This document shows positions 19,101 through 28,813 of a stretch of DNA of 64,000 bases, piece after piece; positions within the stretch are counted from its first letter, which is position 1, and every line of letters begins with the position of its first letter. The notes beneath the pieces are model-generated. The model worked only from the letters and a program-made list of their open reading frames with translations. It did no database searches and was not told the origin of the DNA. The DNA is from Candidatus Nomurabacteria bacterium (GTDB lineage: Bacteria > Patescibacteriota > Saccharimonadia > Saccharimonadales > VXPC01), in the NCBI GenBank assembly GCA_020631905.1, contig JACKGQ010000001.1, positions 690,165 through 754,164 of the forward strand, read 5' to 3'. The translations under genes were made by a program, and so were the position numbers.

Positions 19101-19764
19101 AATGAGCGTCAGCGGAAACAACTACAGGAATATCTAGCTTATCAGCTAATTGGATTAATTTTTTATTAAGTTCTGCCTGCTTGGGTTGGGTATGGCTGTG
19201 GTCTTGAAGCTCGATGTAATATCTACCCGGGAAAGTTTGTTTATACCAACTAGCAACTTCTTCAGCCTTATCAACTTGATCTGCCAATATAAATTCACTT
19301 ACCTCACCACCCATGCAACCAGAAAGAACTACTAATCCTTGGCCATACTGTTCTAGTAAATCGTGGTCAATCCGAGGTTTATAGTAAGTACCTTGAAGAT
19401 TCGCAATCGTCGACAAACGCATTAAGTTTTCATAACCAACATTATCTTGGGCTAATAAGATAAGGTGATACCGGCCTTTGTCTAACTGCGGGTCGCGGTC
19501 GGTATGCTTCCGGGATGCGACATATGTTTCCATGCCAATAATCGGTTTTATGCCGACATCTTTGGCGGCTTTATAAAATTCTATTGTCCCACTTAAGGTG
19601 CCGTGATCGGTCTTGGCGATCGCATCCATACCAAGATTTTTGGCATGCTCAACCATCTCGGGAATCTTTTGCAATCCATCAAGCAAGCTATGATGCGTAT
19701 GGTTGTGCAGATGCACAAAATCAGAACTAGACAGTTTACCTGCCACTGTGTAACTACCCTCCAA
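16123..19764 (-). CDS. dnaE: DNA polymerase III alpha subunit
   Basis: PHP domain (HLHNHTHHSLLDG), a pol III alpha core and a C-terminal OB/tau-binding region. Length 1213 aa. Confidence 0.95.
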   Translation of the reverse strand: MEGSYTVAGKLSSSDFVHLHNHTHHSLLDGLQKIPEMVEHAKNLGMDAIAKTDHGTLSGTIEFYKAAKDVGIKPIIGMETYVASRKHTDRDPQLDKGRYHLILLAQDNVGYENLMRLSTIANLQGTYYKPRIDHDLLEQYGQGLVVLSGCMGGEVSEFILADQVDKAEEVASWYKQTFPGRYYIELQDHSHTQPKQAELNKKLIQLADKLDIPVVVSADAHYLKEEDAEVHEILLCVQTSSFLSDTDRMSLSGWHLFVSDPKDVIERWQHRPDAISNTRKIADSCNVDIELGKILIPKFPTPGKDDEKSYLQRLVYQGLCVNYANLTKQEASKLDVESAKKLLEKQVLERAEYELAVIDSMGFNGYFLIVWDFIKWGKEQGIVFGPGRGSAAGSIVAYALKITTVEPLRYDLLFERFLNPDRISMPDIDIDIQDSRRDEVIKYVTEKYGADRVANIVTFGRMAARNAVRDVARVLQVPYADADRMAKLIPPPVQGRHIPLKKSLEDNSDLKTEYGSSPQSKRVFDLAVRLEGTIRSHGVHAAGVVIAPDELVKFAPLEMAQKGVVATQYPMGPVEELGLLKMDFLGLSNLTIIRNAQRIIRKVYGQEIDIDTIPLDDQATFELLQNADTTGVFQLESSGMKQYLKRLKPTTFEDIAAMTALYRPGPLGAGLTDAFINRKNGKEEVKVPHPAFEAALSSTYGTLVYQEQVMQISREVCGFTGGESDTLRKAIGKKIREVMQKMEKRFVEGGIEHSGVPKEVMQKFWDDLMGFADYAFNKSHSVCYGLIAYQTAYLKAHYPDAFMAALMTSDADNLDRLGIEIAECSQHGIKVLPPDINSSYHEFAIIGGQNEIRFGMDAVKNVGHGAVAEIIRARDEAGPFADVNDFVARVNSSIVNRKSWESLIKAGAFDALGSRTDLLASLDDIIHVAHRLQKEAASGQTDLFGALDANDKAAVASQISVTLSQGPEISKSEVLAWERELLGLYLSEHPLEDYRAYLEENTIPSQEIRPQDDGRGAVIGGVIQDVRTITTKNGQMMAFVKIEDFSGDIEVIVFPNTYKETSDNWQVDKIVEVKGKVSGTDQIGNLQETAKIMASSIKEISHDKALEYRPKGKKLSLTKKTNSKKTTTSKSTPQTRDDSTRRLFIRLDSTNNADQLTAIKLLIDKYPGKTEVVLVIGKDTQKQILRLPQMIEPAEPLLEALGESVGKTNVRFG

Positions 19765-19820
19765 ATTTAATCCATATTATACGTTAAATCGTGTTTGTAT
19801 TTTGCTGTAAAAATTACGAG

Positions 19821-20069
19821 TTAGTTTGCGAGTGAGTTACGAATGGCGTCGATCAAGCCACCTAAAATCCACATATTATTAAACCAAGATAAAATCCAAG
19901 CGACCAAAGCAACAAGTACAGTCGCGCCGAGCACGCTCCCGAAACCAAACGATAAACCTCTTAAAAAGTTAACCTTAAATATGCTTTTATAGCTAACAAG
20001 TCCAGACTCAATAATTTTCTGAAGAGTTTGTTCGGCCTGGTCTTGCTGCTTAGTCTTTGTTTTTGGCAT
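19821..20069 (-). CDS. Small hypothetical membrane protein (single TM)
   Basis: Start placed at the internal Met (MPKTK...). Basic N-terminus then a hydrophobic helix. Confidence 0.4.
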   Translation of the reverse strand: MPKTKTKQQDQAEQTLQKIIESGLVSYKSIFKVNFLRGLSFGFGSVLGATVLVALVAWILSWFNNMWILGGLIDAIRNSLAN

Positions 20070-20316
20070 TATTTTCCTTTCGTCCGAAATGTTCAGCAGT
20101 AGCTTTGACAATTTTTGAAATTGCCAGTGGTACACTCATTGCGCTAGCAACTTTACTAACGCTAGTAAGGTTACTGGCGGCGTCCTCTGCCTTGTCGACA
20201 ACATGTTGCACTTTCTTAAGAATCTTATAGATAGTCACGGCAATTACAATATCGATAATTAATAATATCGATACGATTACAAACAGAACTGTTACGAGTA
20301 GACTGCCGTCATTCAT
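20050..20316 (-). CDS. Small hypothetical membrane protein (N-terminal TM)
   Basis: 88 aa. Hydrophobic residues 5-30 then an amphipathic tail. Confidence 0.45.
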   Translation of the reverse strand: MNDGSLLVTVLFVIVSILLIIDIVIAVTIYKILKKVQHVVDKAEDAASNLTSVSKVASAMSVPLAISKIVKATAEHFGRKENNAKNKD

Positions 20317-20346
20317 GATATTAATTATAGCTTAGTTGCCAATACC

Positions 20347-20808
20347 TTACACTGCAAGACCTGCTAGCAACCAAGTATACCCTCCGGGTATCTGTTTGCG
20401 GGCAGTAGTTTTAAAACCAGCGTTTTCGACAGCGTACCAGTAAGCAGTAAGGTCTGGCCGCAATGCCCCCGAATCATAAAATACGCCACTATCTTCTTGT
20501 TTCCTTAAGTCATCCCAAAATGCTGTTTCAGTAACCACACCTTCGGCTGTTCCTCGAACGCGAGTTAACCCTAGTCGTATTACCCAAATTCCAATCTTAG
20601 TGATGTCGGCCTCGTTGTTATGTCTTAGTTGCTGTTCGTAAACATGCCGAACTGCAGCCCCAACTATCGATTTAGTGCTGTCTAAGCTCATCATTTCATT
20701 AAGTCCGTCAGGCGATATACCGCGAGGCGTTAAAATCTGACCACCATCTAGCATAATCCCATCTTTGACCAACAATTCGCCCATAATAACATTATTATAG
20801 CATAACAA
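20347..20808 (-). CDS. Hypothetical protein
   Basis: 153-aa ORF between gatB and the small TM genes. No motif recognised. Confidence 0.45.
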   Translation of the reverse strand: MLCYNNVIMGELLVKDGIMLDGGQILTPRGISPDGLNEMMSLDSTKSIVGAAVRHVYEQQLRHNNEADITKIGIWVIRLGLTRVRGTAEGVVTETAFWDDLRKQEDSGVFYDSGALRPDLTAYWYAVENAGFKTTARKQIPGGYTWLLAGLAV

Positions 20809-20846
20809 TTATGCTTTGTCTATGAGTAAAAGCCGCTTGTGTATTT

Positions 20847-22304
20847 CTAAATATGCTCGCGCAGGATGTCGGAGACTACCTTAGGGTTGGCTTTGCCACC
20901 GGTTGCTTTCATAACTTGCCCCACCAGAAAACCGATAGCTTTCGGGTCGGCTTGGGCATCGGCAACCGCCTTAGGGTTCTCGGCAATTACCTGTTCGACA
21001 GCTAATATTAATTCGCTTTCGTCGGATACTTGCAGTAAATTGCGAGCTTCGGCAAGGCTCTGAGGGTCTTGGTTATCGTTTATGATTGGCTCGATCAATT
21101 CCTTGGCAGCAGTTGAGCTTAGCTGACTAGCGTCGTACATGCTAGCCAATTTGACTAGATTCTGAGCAGAATCTCCTAAACGGGCAAAGTCAAATCTGTT
21201 TTCCTTAACTAGGCGCAGAATTTCGCCAGTTATCCAGTTGGCGATCGTGTTTAGGGTCTTCTGATCGTGTTGATCGGCAACTTGCAGCAAATATTTGGCG
21301 GCTTCGGGATAGTCGAGGATTGTTTCGATTGTATCGTGGTTCAAGCCTGCCCCGCTCAAAACTTGACGAATTTCGGATGGACCGGCTGGCATATTTTTGG
21401 CAATTTCCTCGACAAGTTTTCGGTCGATTTCGAGTGGTGGAATGTCTGGATCGGGCATGTAACGATAATCGTGAGCGTTTTCTTTGCTGCGCTGCGAAAA
21501 AGTTTTCTGCTTTGTATCATCCCAGCCGCGTGTTTCTTGGACGATTACTTGGCCTTTTTCAATTTGGTCGATTTGACGCTCAATTTCAAAGGCAACCGCC
21601 CGCTCGACATTACGGAAGCTATTGAGGTTTTTTGTCTCGGTTCGAGTGCCTAAGGTAGCGGGATCTTTACTAACACTTACGTTGACATCAAATCTAATGT
21701 TGCCGTGGAACAGGTCGCAGTCAGACACTCCAGCGTAAAGCATGCGCAAGTAAAGTTCCTGGGCATAGGCCTTTGCCTCGGCAGCAGAATGCATGTCTGG
21801 GCGACTAACGATCTCTAAGAGTGGGGTGCCAGCTCGGTTGTAATCAATTAAGCTATAGTCTTTACCTACGGGGTGAGTTAGTTTACCGGCATCTGCCTCG
21901 AGATGAGCGCGTTCGATTCTAACACTCGTTTTTTGGCCATTAACCACAATTGGAATTTCGCCATCTAGTACTATTGGCTTGTCAAACTGTGAAATCTGAT
22001 ATCCCAACGGAAGGTCAGGATAAAAATAATGTTTGCGGTCGAATTTTGTAAATTCTGCAATTTTTGCGTTTAGGGCTATGCCAGCTCTAATCGCTTTCTC
22101 GACTGCAGCTTCGTTCAGTACCGGCAAGGTACCTGGCAAACCAACACACAGCGGACCAATCAGGCTATTTGGCAAAGCGTCTTTTGCATCGTTTAGAACA
22201 CCGGTGAATAATTTGGTTTTGGTATTGAACTGTACGTGGCATTCAATTCCAATGGTTGGTAGATACCCGTTGACTAGATAGTCTTTTGTTGACAAGTTTG
22301 CCAC
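20847..22304 (-). CDS. gatB: Asp/Glu-tRNA amidotransferase subunit B
   Basis: IGIECHVQ...conserved GatB N-terminus and a C-terminal YqeY-like domain. Length 485 aa. Confidence 0.93.
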   Translation of the reverse strand: MANLSTKDYLVNGYLPTIGIECHVQFNTKTKLFTGVLNDAKDALPNSLIGPLCVGLPGTLPVLNEAAVEKAIRAGIALNAKIAEFTKFDRKHYFYPDLPLGYQISQFDKPIVLDGEIPIVVNGQKTSVRIERAHLEADAGKLTHPVGKDYSLIDYNRAGTPLLEIVSRPDMHSAAEAKAYAQELYLRMLYAGVSDCDLFHGNIRFDVNVSVSKDPATLGTRTETKNLNSFRNVERAVAFEIERQIDQIEKGQVIVQETRGWDDTKQKTFSQRSKENAHDYRYMPDPDIPPLEIDRKLVEEIAKNMPAGPSEIRQVLSGAGLNHDTIETILDYPEAAKYLLQVADQHDQKTLNTIANWITGEILRLVKENRFDFARLGDSAQNLVKLASMYDASQLSSTAAKELIEPIINDNQDPQSLAEARNLLQVSDESELILAVEQVIAENPKAVADAQADPKAIGFLVGQVMKATGGKANPKVVSDILREHI

Positions 22305-22708
22305 TAGATCGCTCCTAGATCTTTTAGCGCCCGATGATAAGCTCCCAAAGCGATCTGAGTTTGTCGTTTGTTAACTTTAGTATCTGTCTCGTGAGCGATC
22401 TTATTACGTAACTTATGCGCCAACCAAACGTGATCTCGCTTACTAAAAACTTTTTTAGCCGACACCATTCTTTCGGCCATAGTAGCGCCTTTAAAGCGAA
22501 GTTCTTTCAGGGCCTTATCTAGTAATTTATCTGCTTCGATGATCGCTATACTGTATGTATCTTCACTGGCTAAATATGTGACGATTTTTTCCCATCTTTC
22601 GCGATACTCAGTAATTTTGAGCTTAGAGGTTCGCCTACTCAGTAATGAAACAAAAGTTAAAATTGCAATCCCAAAAACTACTGCAATAATTAACCAAGCA
22701 ATTGTCAT
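22304..22708 (-). CDS. Hypothetical membrane protein (N-terminal TM) embedded between gatA and gatB
   Basis: 134 aa with 4-nt overlaps to both neighbours (gatA and gatB). Confidence 0.6.
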   Translation of the reverse strand: MTIAWLIIAVVFGIAILTFVSLLSRRTSKLKITEYRERWEKIVTYLASEDTYSIAIIEADKLLDKALKELRFKGATMAERMVSAKKVFSKRDHVWLAHKLRNKIAHETDTKVNKRQTQIALGAYHRALKDLGAI

Positions 22709-24120
22709 AACTTCTCCTCTAGGCTAGCAGCCAATGACATTATTAAACCATCCTCTTTATGGCCAGAAATTAATTGCAAGCCATACGGCAACTGATTAAC
22801 AGATTTTCCCGGCAAGCTAATAGCAGGCGCACCAACTAAGTTTGCGAGTACTGTCATTATATCGGCCAAATACATCTGAACTGGATCGTCAATTTTGGCA
22901 CCCAGATCGAAGGCTGCAAACGGGGCCACCGGACAAACAAGTACATTTGCCTGCTCTAAAGCTGTCTTAAATTCTTCGATTAGTTTCGTGCGTAATTGTT
23001 GGGCTTTTTTGTAATATGCATCGTAATATCCGGAGCTTAACACGTAAGTACCAATCATAATTCGACGTTTATTTTCTGCACCAAAACCTGCCGATCGAGA
23101 CAAACTAATTGCCTCGTCGAGCTTCTTCGAATCTTTTGATTTATGACCATAAACTACTCCGTCGTACCGCGACAAGTTACTGCTCACTTCTGCTGGAACA
23201 AGTATGTAATAGCAAGCAAGGGCTAGCTCGATGCTTGGGATACTTACTTCGACTAGTTCGTGCCCGAGACTTTTAATTACATCAAGATACTCGTTAAAAG
23301 CCTTCTTGGCGGCAGGCTCTAGGTCGTATTCGGCAAACTCTTTAATGACACCTATATTTAGCTTAGTTTGCCGACTTGGTGTTAAATCGATCTCTGAAGA
23401 ATCGATGGTTGTACCGTCAAATTCGTCTTGTCCTTTTATGATATTCATAACTGTTGCGGTATTTTCGACTGAATTACCAAGGACACCGATGCAGTCAGTA
23501 CTGCTGGCCATGGCGACAACTCCATAGCGCGAGACCAAGCCGTAACTTGGTTTATAGCCAACAACTCCGCAAAAACTTGCTGGTAAGCGAATTGAGCCAC
23601 CTGTGTCACTGCCGAGAGCAAATGGGACAATATCTAAAGCCACAGCTGCAGCGCTTCCTCCACTACTGCCACCGGGCACTTTCGTTGGATCGTGTGGATT
23701 TTTGGTCTGGCCAAAATCACTATTCTCGGTAGTGGTGCCATGTGCAAAAGCATCTAAGTTAACTTTGCCGATTAAGACACCGCCCGCATCGAGTACTTTT
23801 TGAACAGCGGTTGCAGTGTACGGCGAGCTAAAGCCTTTAAGCATATTACTGGCGGCAGTTGTGTGGCCAAAGTTCACTAGAAAATTATCTTTGATGGCAA
23901 AGGGTACACCGGCTAACTCGCCAGGATCTTTACCAGCTTCGATCATCGTGTCAATTTCGGCGGCTCTTTTTAGTGCGTCTGCTTCGCATATTTCTAAGAA
24001 CACGTTGTAGTCTTGGCTATTTTTTGCTTTTTCTAGAGCTACTTTTGCTAAATCTACGGCTTTTAACTGCCCAGATTGAACCTGATAAACAATTTCTTTA
24101 ATAGCTTGTGGACGGTTCAT
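22705..24120 (-). CDS. gatA: Asp/Glu-tRNA amidotransferase subunit A (amidase signature family)
   Basis: Amidase signature GGSSGGSAAAVA with Ser-cisSer-Lys triad context. Length 471 aa. Confidence 0.93.
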   Translation of the reverse strand: MNRPQAIKEIVYQVQSGQLKAVDLAKVALEKAKNSQDYNVFLEICEADALKRAAEIDTMIEAGKDPGELAGVPFAIKDNFLVNFGHTTAASNMLKGFSSPYTATAVQKVLDAGGVLIGKVNLDAFAHGTTTENSDFGQTKNPHDPTKVPGGSSGGSAAAVALDIVPFALGSDTGGSIRLPASFCGVVGYKPSYGLVSRYGVVAMASSTDCIGVLGNSVENTATVMNIIKGQDEFDGTTIDSSEIDLTPSRQTKLNIGVIKEFAEYDLEPAAKKAFNEYLDVIKSLGHELVEVSIPSIELALACYYILVPAEVSSNLSRYDGVVYGHKSKDSKKLDEAISLSRSAGFGAENKRRIMIGTYVLSSGYYDAYYKKAQQLRTKLIEEFKTALEQANVLVCPVAPFAAFDLGAKIDDPVQMYLADIMTVLANLVGAPAISLPGKSVNQLPYGLQLISGHKEDGLIMSLAASLEEKL

Positions 24121-24407
24121 TCGATAACTCTCTCTACAATGAACTGATTATCTTCTATCCGACCACCCTTAAGTAGTCCAGCAGCATCAACTCCAAAATC
24201 TTGAGGCTGATCATTTCTGGTTATATTCTTGAGACCACTCACTTGGTCTGTTGGTTCGTAATCTGACACGTCAACTGATTGTAGTTGATCAACAAACTCA
24301 AATATTGCCTCAATCTCTGACTGGAATTTTTTTATCTCAATATCCGTTAAGCTCAGCCTCGCTAGTTTGGCGAGATGAGCCACATCACTCGCAGTTATTT
24401 TTGACAT
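24117..24407 (-). CDS. gatC: Asp/Glu-tRNA amidotransferase subunit C
   Basis: MSKITASDVAHLAKLARLSLTD... GatC N-terminus. Start placed at the internal Met, not the upstream ATG at 24443. Confidence 0.85.
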   Translation of the reverse strand: MSKITASDVAHLAKLARLSLTDIEIKKFQSEIEAIFEFVDQLQSVDVSDYEPTDQVSGLKNITRNDQPQDFGVDAAGLLKGGRIEDNQFIVERVIE

Positions 24408-24466
24408 GGTTAAAGTATATTGTAGCAAACAACTCGCCGACATTGAAGTAATTGAACATAAGCAAT

Positions 24467-26452
24467 TTATTTTGTTGCTTTTGATTCTAGTTCTGTGATG
24501 TAGTCGCGAATCTCTGCGGCTTTTTCGAATTCAAGATTAGCGGCATGTAGATGCATCTGAGCATTTAGCTGTTTAATTAAACTTGGTATTTCATCTAGCG
24601 GCACGCCTTTGAGATCGCGTTTTGCCTGCTTTTTGTGCTTATCTTCTTTCGACTCGCCGCGTGGCATGGAATCTTGAACTTGTTTGCTAACAGATTTGGG
24701 AACAATCTTATGCTGACGGTTATAGGCCTCCTGCACTTTCCGACGACGATCAGTTTCATCGATTGCCCGGCGCATACTGCCCGTTATCTGATCGGCATAC
24801 ATAATCACCCTACCTTCTTGGTGCCTGGCGGCTCGTCCGATAGTTTGGATTAGGGCTTGATCGCTGCGCAAAAATCCTTCTTTGTCGGCGTCGATAATCG
24901 CGACTAAGCTGACTTCTGGCAAATCGAGTCCTTCACGTAGTAAGTTTATGCCCACCAGCACATCGTAAACCCCGAGGCGCAGATCACGTAAAATATCACT
25001 TCGCTCTAGTGTATCGACTTCGCTATGCAAGTACTGTACCTTGATGTCGATATCTTTTAGGTAATCAGTTAGATCTTCAGCCATTCGCTTTGTGAGTGTG
25101 GTTACCAGCACACGCTGGTTTTTCTTGACAGTGTCTCTAATCTCGGCGATTAAATCATCAATTTGGCCAGCAATTGGTCGGACTTCGACAATCGGATCGA
25201 GTAAGCCTGTCGGTCGGATGATTTGTTCGACCGGCTTTGGTGAGCGGGCCAGCTCGTATTCGGCCGGCGTAGCAGATACATAAACAACTTGATTAACATG
25301 CTTTTCGAATTCAACAAAATTTAGTGGACGGTTATCGAGTGCACTCGGTAACCTAAAGCCATAGTCAACTAACACTTGTTTCCGAGCCCGGTCTCCGTTG
25401 TACATGCCCCGAACTTGGGGAATTGTCATGTGGCTTTCGTCGATCATCAACAAAAAGTCGTCTGGAAAATAGTCGAGCAGAGTTGCCGGCTGTTCGCCTT
25501 CTTCCCGATTTGTCAGGTAGCGGCTGTAGTTCTCAATCCCTTTTACAAATCCAGTCTCTTCAAGCATTTCCAAGTCGAACTTCGTTCTCTGAGAAAGCCG
25601 CTGGCTCTCTAGAATCATGTTGCGACTCTCAAACCAATTAGTGCGCTGATCGAGTTCTTGCTCTATTTTGCCCAGAGCACCTTTAAGTTTTTCTTGTGGG
25701 GTTACGAAGTGACTGCTCGGAAAAATAGTTATCGATTGCCTCTGGCCTTCGATTTCTCCAGTTAGCGGGTTTATCTGTGAAATTCTCTCAACTTCGTCTC
25801 CAAAAAACTCTATCCGGTATGCTGTTTCCTCTCCAGCTGGAAAAACATCGATTACATCACCTTTAACTCGAAAAGCACTTCGGGTAAAGTCGATATCATT
25901 TCGTCGATACTGGATATCTGTCAGATGTCGGATAAATTTGTCACGAACTTTACGTTCACCGATGGTTACAGTTTCGCTTAAGCCGCCATAGTCTTCGACT
26001 GATCCAATGCCATATATGCAGCTAACACTGGCTACGATTAACACGTCCCGTCTAGACAAAAGTGCATCGGTCGCCGCGTGGCGTAAACGGTCGATCTCTT
26101 CATTGATATCGCTGTCTTTTTCGATATAAGTATCACTCCGAGGTATGTATGCTTCTGGCTGATAATAGTCGAAATAACTTACAAAGTAGTGTACGGCGTT
26201 GTTAGGGAAGAAGTTTTTGAACTCGTTGTATAACTGAGCCGCCAAAGTTTTGTTGTGGACCAAAACCAGAGTAGGTTTCTGGACTGCTTGAACCACATTG
26301 GCCATTGTAAAAGTCTTGCCAGTACCCGTTGCACCTAGGAGCACCTGCTCTTTTACTCCATTGGAAACACCCCTAACTAAAGCCTGAATGGCCGTTGGTT
26401 GGTCGCCCGCAGGCTCATAACTCGAACTTAACTCAAACTTGTCAGACATCAA
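24467..26452 (-). CDS. uvrB: Excinuclease ABC subunit B
   Basis: Walker A GATGTGKT, a helicase core, a UvrB interaction domain and a C-terminal UVR motif. Length 661 aa. Confidence 0.95.
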   Translation of the reverse strand: MMSDKFELSSSYEPAGDQPTAIQALVRGVSNGVKEQVLLGATGTGKTFTMANVVQAVQKPTLVLVHNKTLAAQLYNEFKNFFPNNAVHYFVSYFDYYQPEAYIPRSDTYIEKDSDINEEIDRLRHAATDALLSRRDVLIVASVSCIYGIGSVEDYGGLSETVTIGERKVRDKFIRHLTDIQYRRNDIDFTRSAFRVKGDVIDVFPAGEETAYRIEFFGDEVERISQINPLTGEIEGQRQSITIFPSSHFVTPQEKLKGALGKIEQELDQRTNWFESRNMILESQRLSQRTKFDLEMLEETGFVKGIENYSRYLTNREEGEQPATLLDYFPDDFLLMIDESHMTIPQVRGMYNGDRARKQVLVDYGFRLPSALDNRPLNFVEFEKHVNQVVYVSATPAEYELARSPKPVEQIIRPTGLLDPIVEVRPIAGQIDDLIAEIRDTVKKNQRVLVTTLTKRMAEDLTDYLKDIDIKVQYLHSEVDTLERSDILRDLRLGVYDVLVGINLLREGLDLPEVSLVAIIDADKEGFLRSDQALIQTIGRAARHQEGRVIMYADQITGSMRRAIDETDRRRKVQEAYNRQHKIVPKSVSKQVQDSMPRGESKEDKHKKQAKRDLKGVPLDEIPSLIKQLNAQMHLHAANLEFEKAAEIRDYITELESKATK

Positions 26453-26847
26453 GTTATTTTACTACATATTAGGTATTTCTTGTAAATTATGTGGCATTAA
26501 GATAAAGTTGGAATTATGAAAATAAATATAGAGTCGTTCGACCCCCGACCCCATCTAAGCCCCGAAGCACGTACCTGCGCTTCAAGATATAGCACATCTA
26601 CAGATGCCGGGCAAAACCCACCCCCAATCCACTGCTGCAATTGCATGCGGCGACCGTACGATAAGTTACAATTTACTGCATAGTTCAACAGAGCCTAGTG
26701 AAGTTATGCGTCAGTTATCGGCATCTGTAGGTAATATGGTAAGTGGCCTATGTATTGATTGTCCAAGAAACCTTGCACATAAAGCTAAGCAGCAAGATCC
26801 TGCGTAGTAACATTACATCATTAAATTTTGATAACTACACAAATAAT

Positions 26848-27486
26848 TTAGCCAGCGCGGTTTTTGTGGTGATTTTCACTCGCACTACATGTTAGGGCGT
26901 CAAAGGTGGCCTCGTACTTTTTGAGCTGCTCGATATTAATATCTTTATATTCTTCTTCCATCATGGCGATGACTTGCTTAACTAGCCGGACAGGATCGTT
27001 ATCGAAAACCACTCGTGTACCATTTGGCTCTTCAAGTTTTTCTAGCAAATGTGGAATGATATCAGCCGTACCACCGGATTCTAGTAATACACCACAGGGC
27101 ATACGAGCTTCGATGGCGGTAGTAAACTCGTGCAGACTGCCCATCCGTCCACCGATAGTAATAACCGCGTCACTACTCTGAACAAGATGAATATCACGGC
27201 CTACATAGTGCATACCAGTAAAGTTTATGTAGTCGAACACGCCTACTGGTAGCCTATATTTACGAACGTGTTCGCGCAAGCTTGAAGCCGGACTAAAACC
27301 AATACTCCGGCCACCAGCCTCGTAAGCTCCTCGAGCTCCGAAATATGGCAGGCCCACTGTCGCACCTGTCGTTACAATATGGCCAGCCTCGGCAATTGCT
27401 TTACCTATTTCGTAAGCCATACTACACGCATTATCAACCGTATCACCACTCGCGGCACCGGATATACATATACTAAATCTAAGCAT
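26848..27486 (-). CDS. LOG/TIGR00725-like Rossmann-fold protein (SLOG superfamily)
   Basis: ISGAASGD...GHIVTTGATVGLPYFGARGAYEAGG...VITIGGRMGSLHEF resembles LOG-family nucleotide-binding proteins. Confidence 0.65.
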   Translation of the reverse strand: MLRFSICISGAASGDTVDNACSMAYEIGKAIAEAGHIVTTGATVGLPYFGARGAYEAGGRSIGFSPASSLREHVRKYRLPVGVFDYINFTGMHYVGRDIHLVQSSDAVITIGGRMGSLHEFTTAIEARMPCGVLLESGGTADIIPHLLEKLEEPNGTRVVFDNDPVRLVKQVIAMMEEEYKDINIEQLKKYEATFDALTCSASENHHKNRAG

Positions 27487-27488
27487 GT

Positions 27489-28727
27489 TTATTGAACCTC
27501 CAATTTTTCGGGTGCGATCATACTATTGTCTAGTTGTTTAAGAATCTGCTGTTCGAGCACTGGTTCACCCATGTAACGGATAAATATCTCGTTCCACAAG
27601 GCCTCGCGGAAGTGATAAATTTCGCGTTTTCCGTACGGTGTTTTATTAGTATAACTTGCGGCTACATCCATCATGTTGAAGGCGATCGGTCGTTTGCCGT
27701 ACATTATGCCAACATAGTCTAGGTCACGCCAAAATTCTAATTCTGGAGCAATTTCATACAAAATACTCTCGGCATGTCGCCAGTGTAAGTCTTCTGGTTG
27801 AACATGTGGCTGAAAGATTTCGGGATGAACCTCGTTCTCAAGTTTACCAAAATAGCGCTGGATGACTCTCCAATGAACATTGTGTCCGGCCATAATTGCC
27901 CCTTGTGCAGGATCGGCAATTAAGGTATTTACAAATATCTCGCCAAAATCAGAGCGAACTTGCTTGAGTTTAAAGAAAGAGCTATAAAGTCGAATTTCGT
28001 TAATATAATGAAATAACAAGCTGAGTGCCCAGATAGATATACCTGGCATATGATCGAGCTTGACCGGCAACATAATCACCACGCCCATTTCTTTGCTATG
28101 AGTAATATTGTGCTTCTTCTTGTGAATAAAGCTCTCGGCCATATCTGCCCAGCGATCCGGCATAACAACAATCTCAACTTTGCGGGTTTCAAAATCACGT
28201 GGGGTAAGGGTTTTGTATTTTTCGTTAAAAGCATTTAGCCAGTCACTGCCTTCGCTAAAGCGTAAGGCACCAAAAATTTCGAAAATATTTTCTTGTTTGA
28301 GCATGCTGTCGATACTGGAATAGCCAAGTAGTTGCATCATATTTGGTGGCGGAGTTTCTTTTAAGAATCGCTTGGCCACACTCTTTTTGAGCACCCAACA
28401 ATCTCGTGGAATATCAACTCGCTCACAAGCAGCTTTTATCTTTGGGATCAAATCGGCTGGATGATCCTTATCCGTGCCTCCAATTGCATGACGTAAATGA
28501 TTATTATGCTCGTGTATCTTGTTAATCAGGGCTTTATAGAGTTCTGGCCCTTTTGTGTCGTCTGGGTCTAGGCCGAGCGACTTTAGCGTCATACGAACCT
28601 TACCGATAATCTCGGCAGTTAGCCGTACATCGACCGCCGGGTTTCCAGAAGATTTTTCGAGCTGTCTCAGGCTGATCGAGAACAACGGCTCATCAGCACC
28701 CAAAAGATCAGATATTAATTTCGACAT
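27489..28727 (-). CDS. Hypothetical protein (412 aa); 2-nt gap to the LOG-like gene
   Basis: Long ORF with no recognisable motif; His/Trp-rich C-terminal half. Confidence 0.55.
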   Translation of the reverse strand: MSKLISDLLGADEPLFSISLRQLEKSSGNPAVDVRLTAEIIGKVRMTLKSLGLDPDDTKGPELYKALINKIHEHNNHLRHAIGGTDKDHPADLIPKIKAACERVDIPRDCWVLKKSVAKRFLKETPPPNMMQLLGYSSIDSMLKQENIFEIFGALRFSEGSDWLNAFNEKYKTLTPRDFETRKVEIVVMPDRWADMAESFIHKKKHNITHSKEMGVVIMLPVKLDHMPGISIWALSLLFHYINEIRLYSSFFKLKQVRSDFGEIFVNTLIADPAQGAIMAGHNVHWRVIQRYFGKLENEVHPEIFQPHVQPEDLHWRHAESILYEIAPELEFWRDLDYVGIMYGKRPIAFNMMDVAASYTNKTPYGKREIYHFREALWNEIFIRYMGEPVLEQQILKQLDNSMIAPEKLEVQ

Positions 28728-28813
28728 ACTTGATTAAAATTTTACCACAAGCATTAACATGGATAAACATATTGTTTTATATATTATTCTTTGTGCTTAG
28801 AACACAGTTATTC

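Noticed and set aside
26453-26847. Possible tmRNA (ssrA), because of a …DLAA-stop tag-like reading frame on the minus strand
   Set aside because: No 5' GGGG acceptor, no T-arm (GGxxxUUCGAxUxxxCC) and no 3' acceptor/CCA could be found on either strand. The resume codon would be unusual. The resemblance is likely coincidental.
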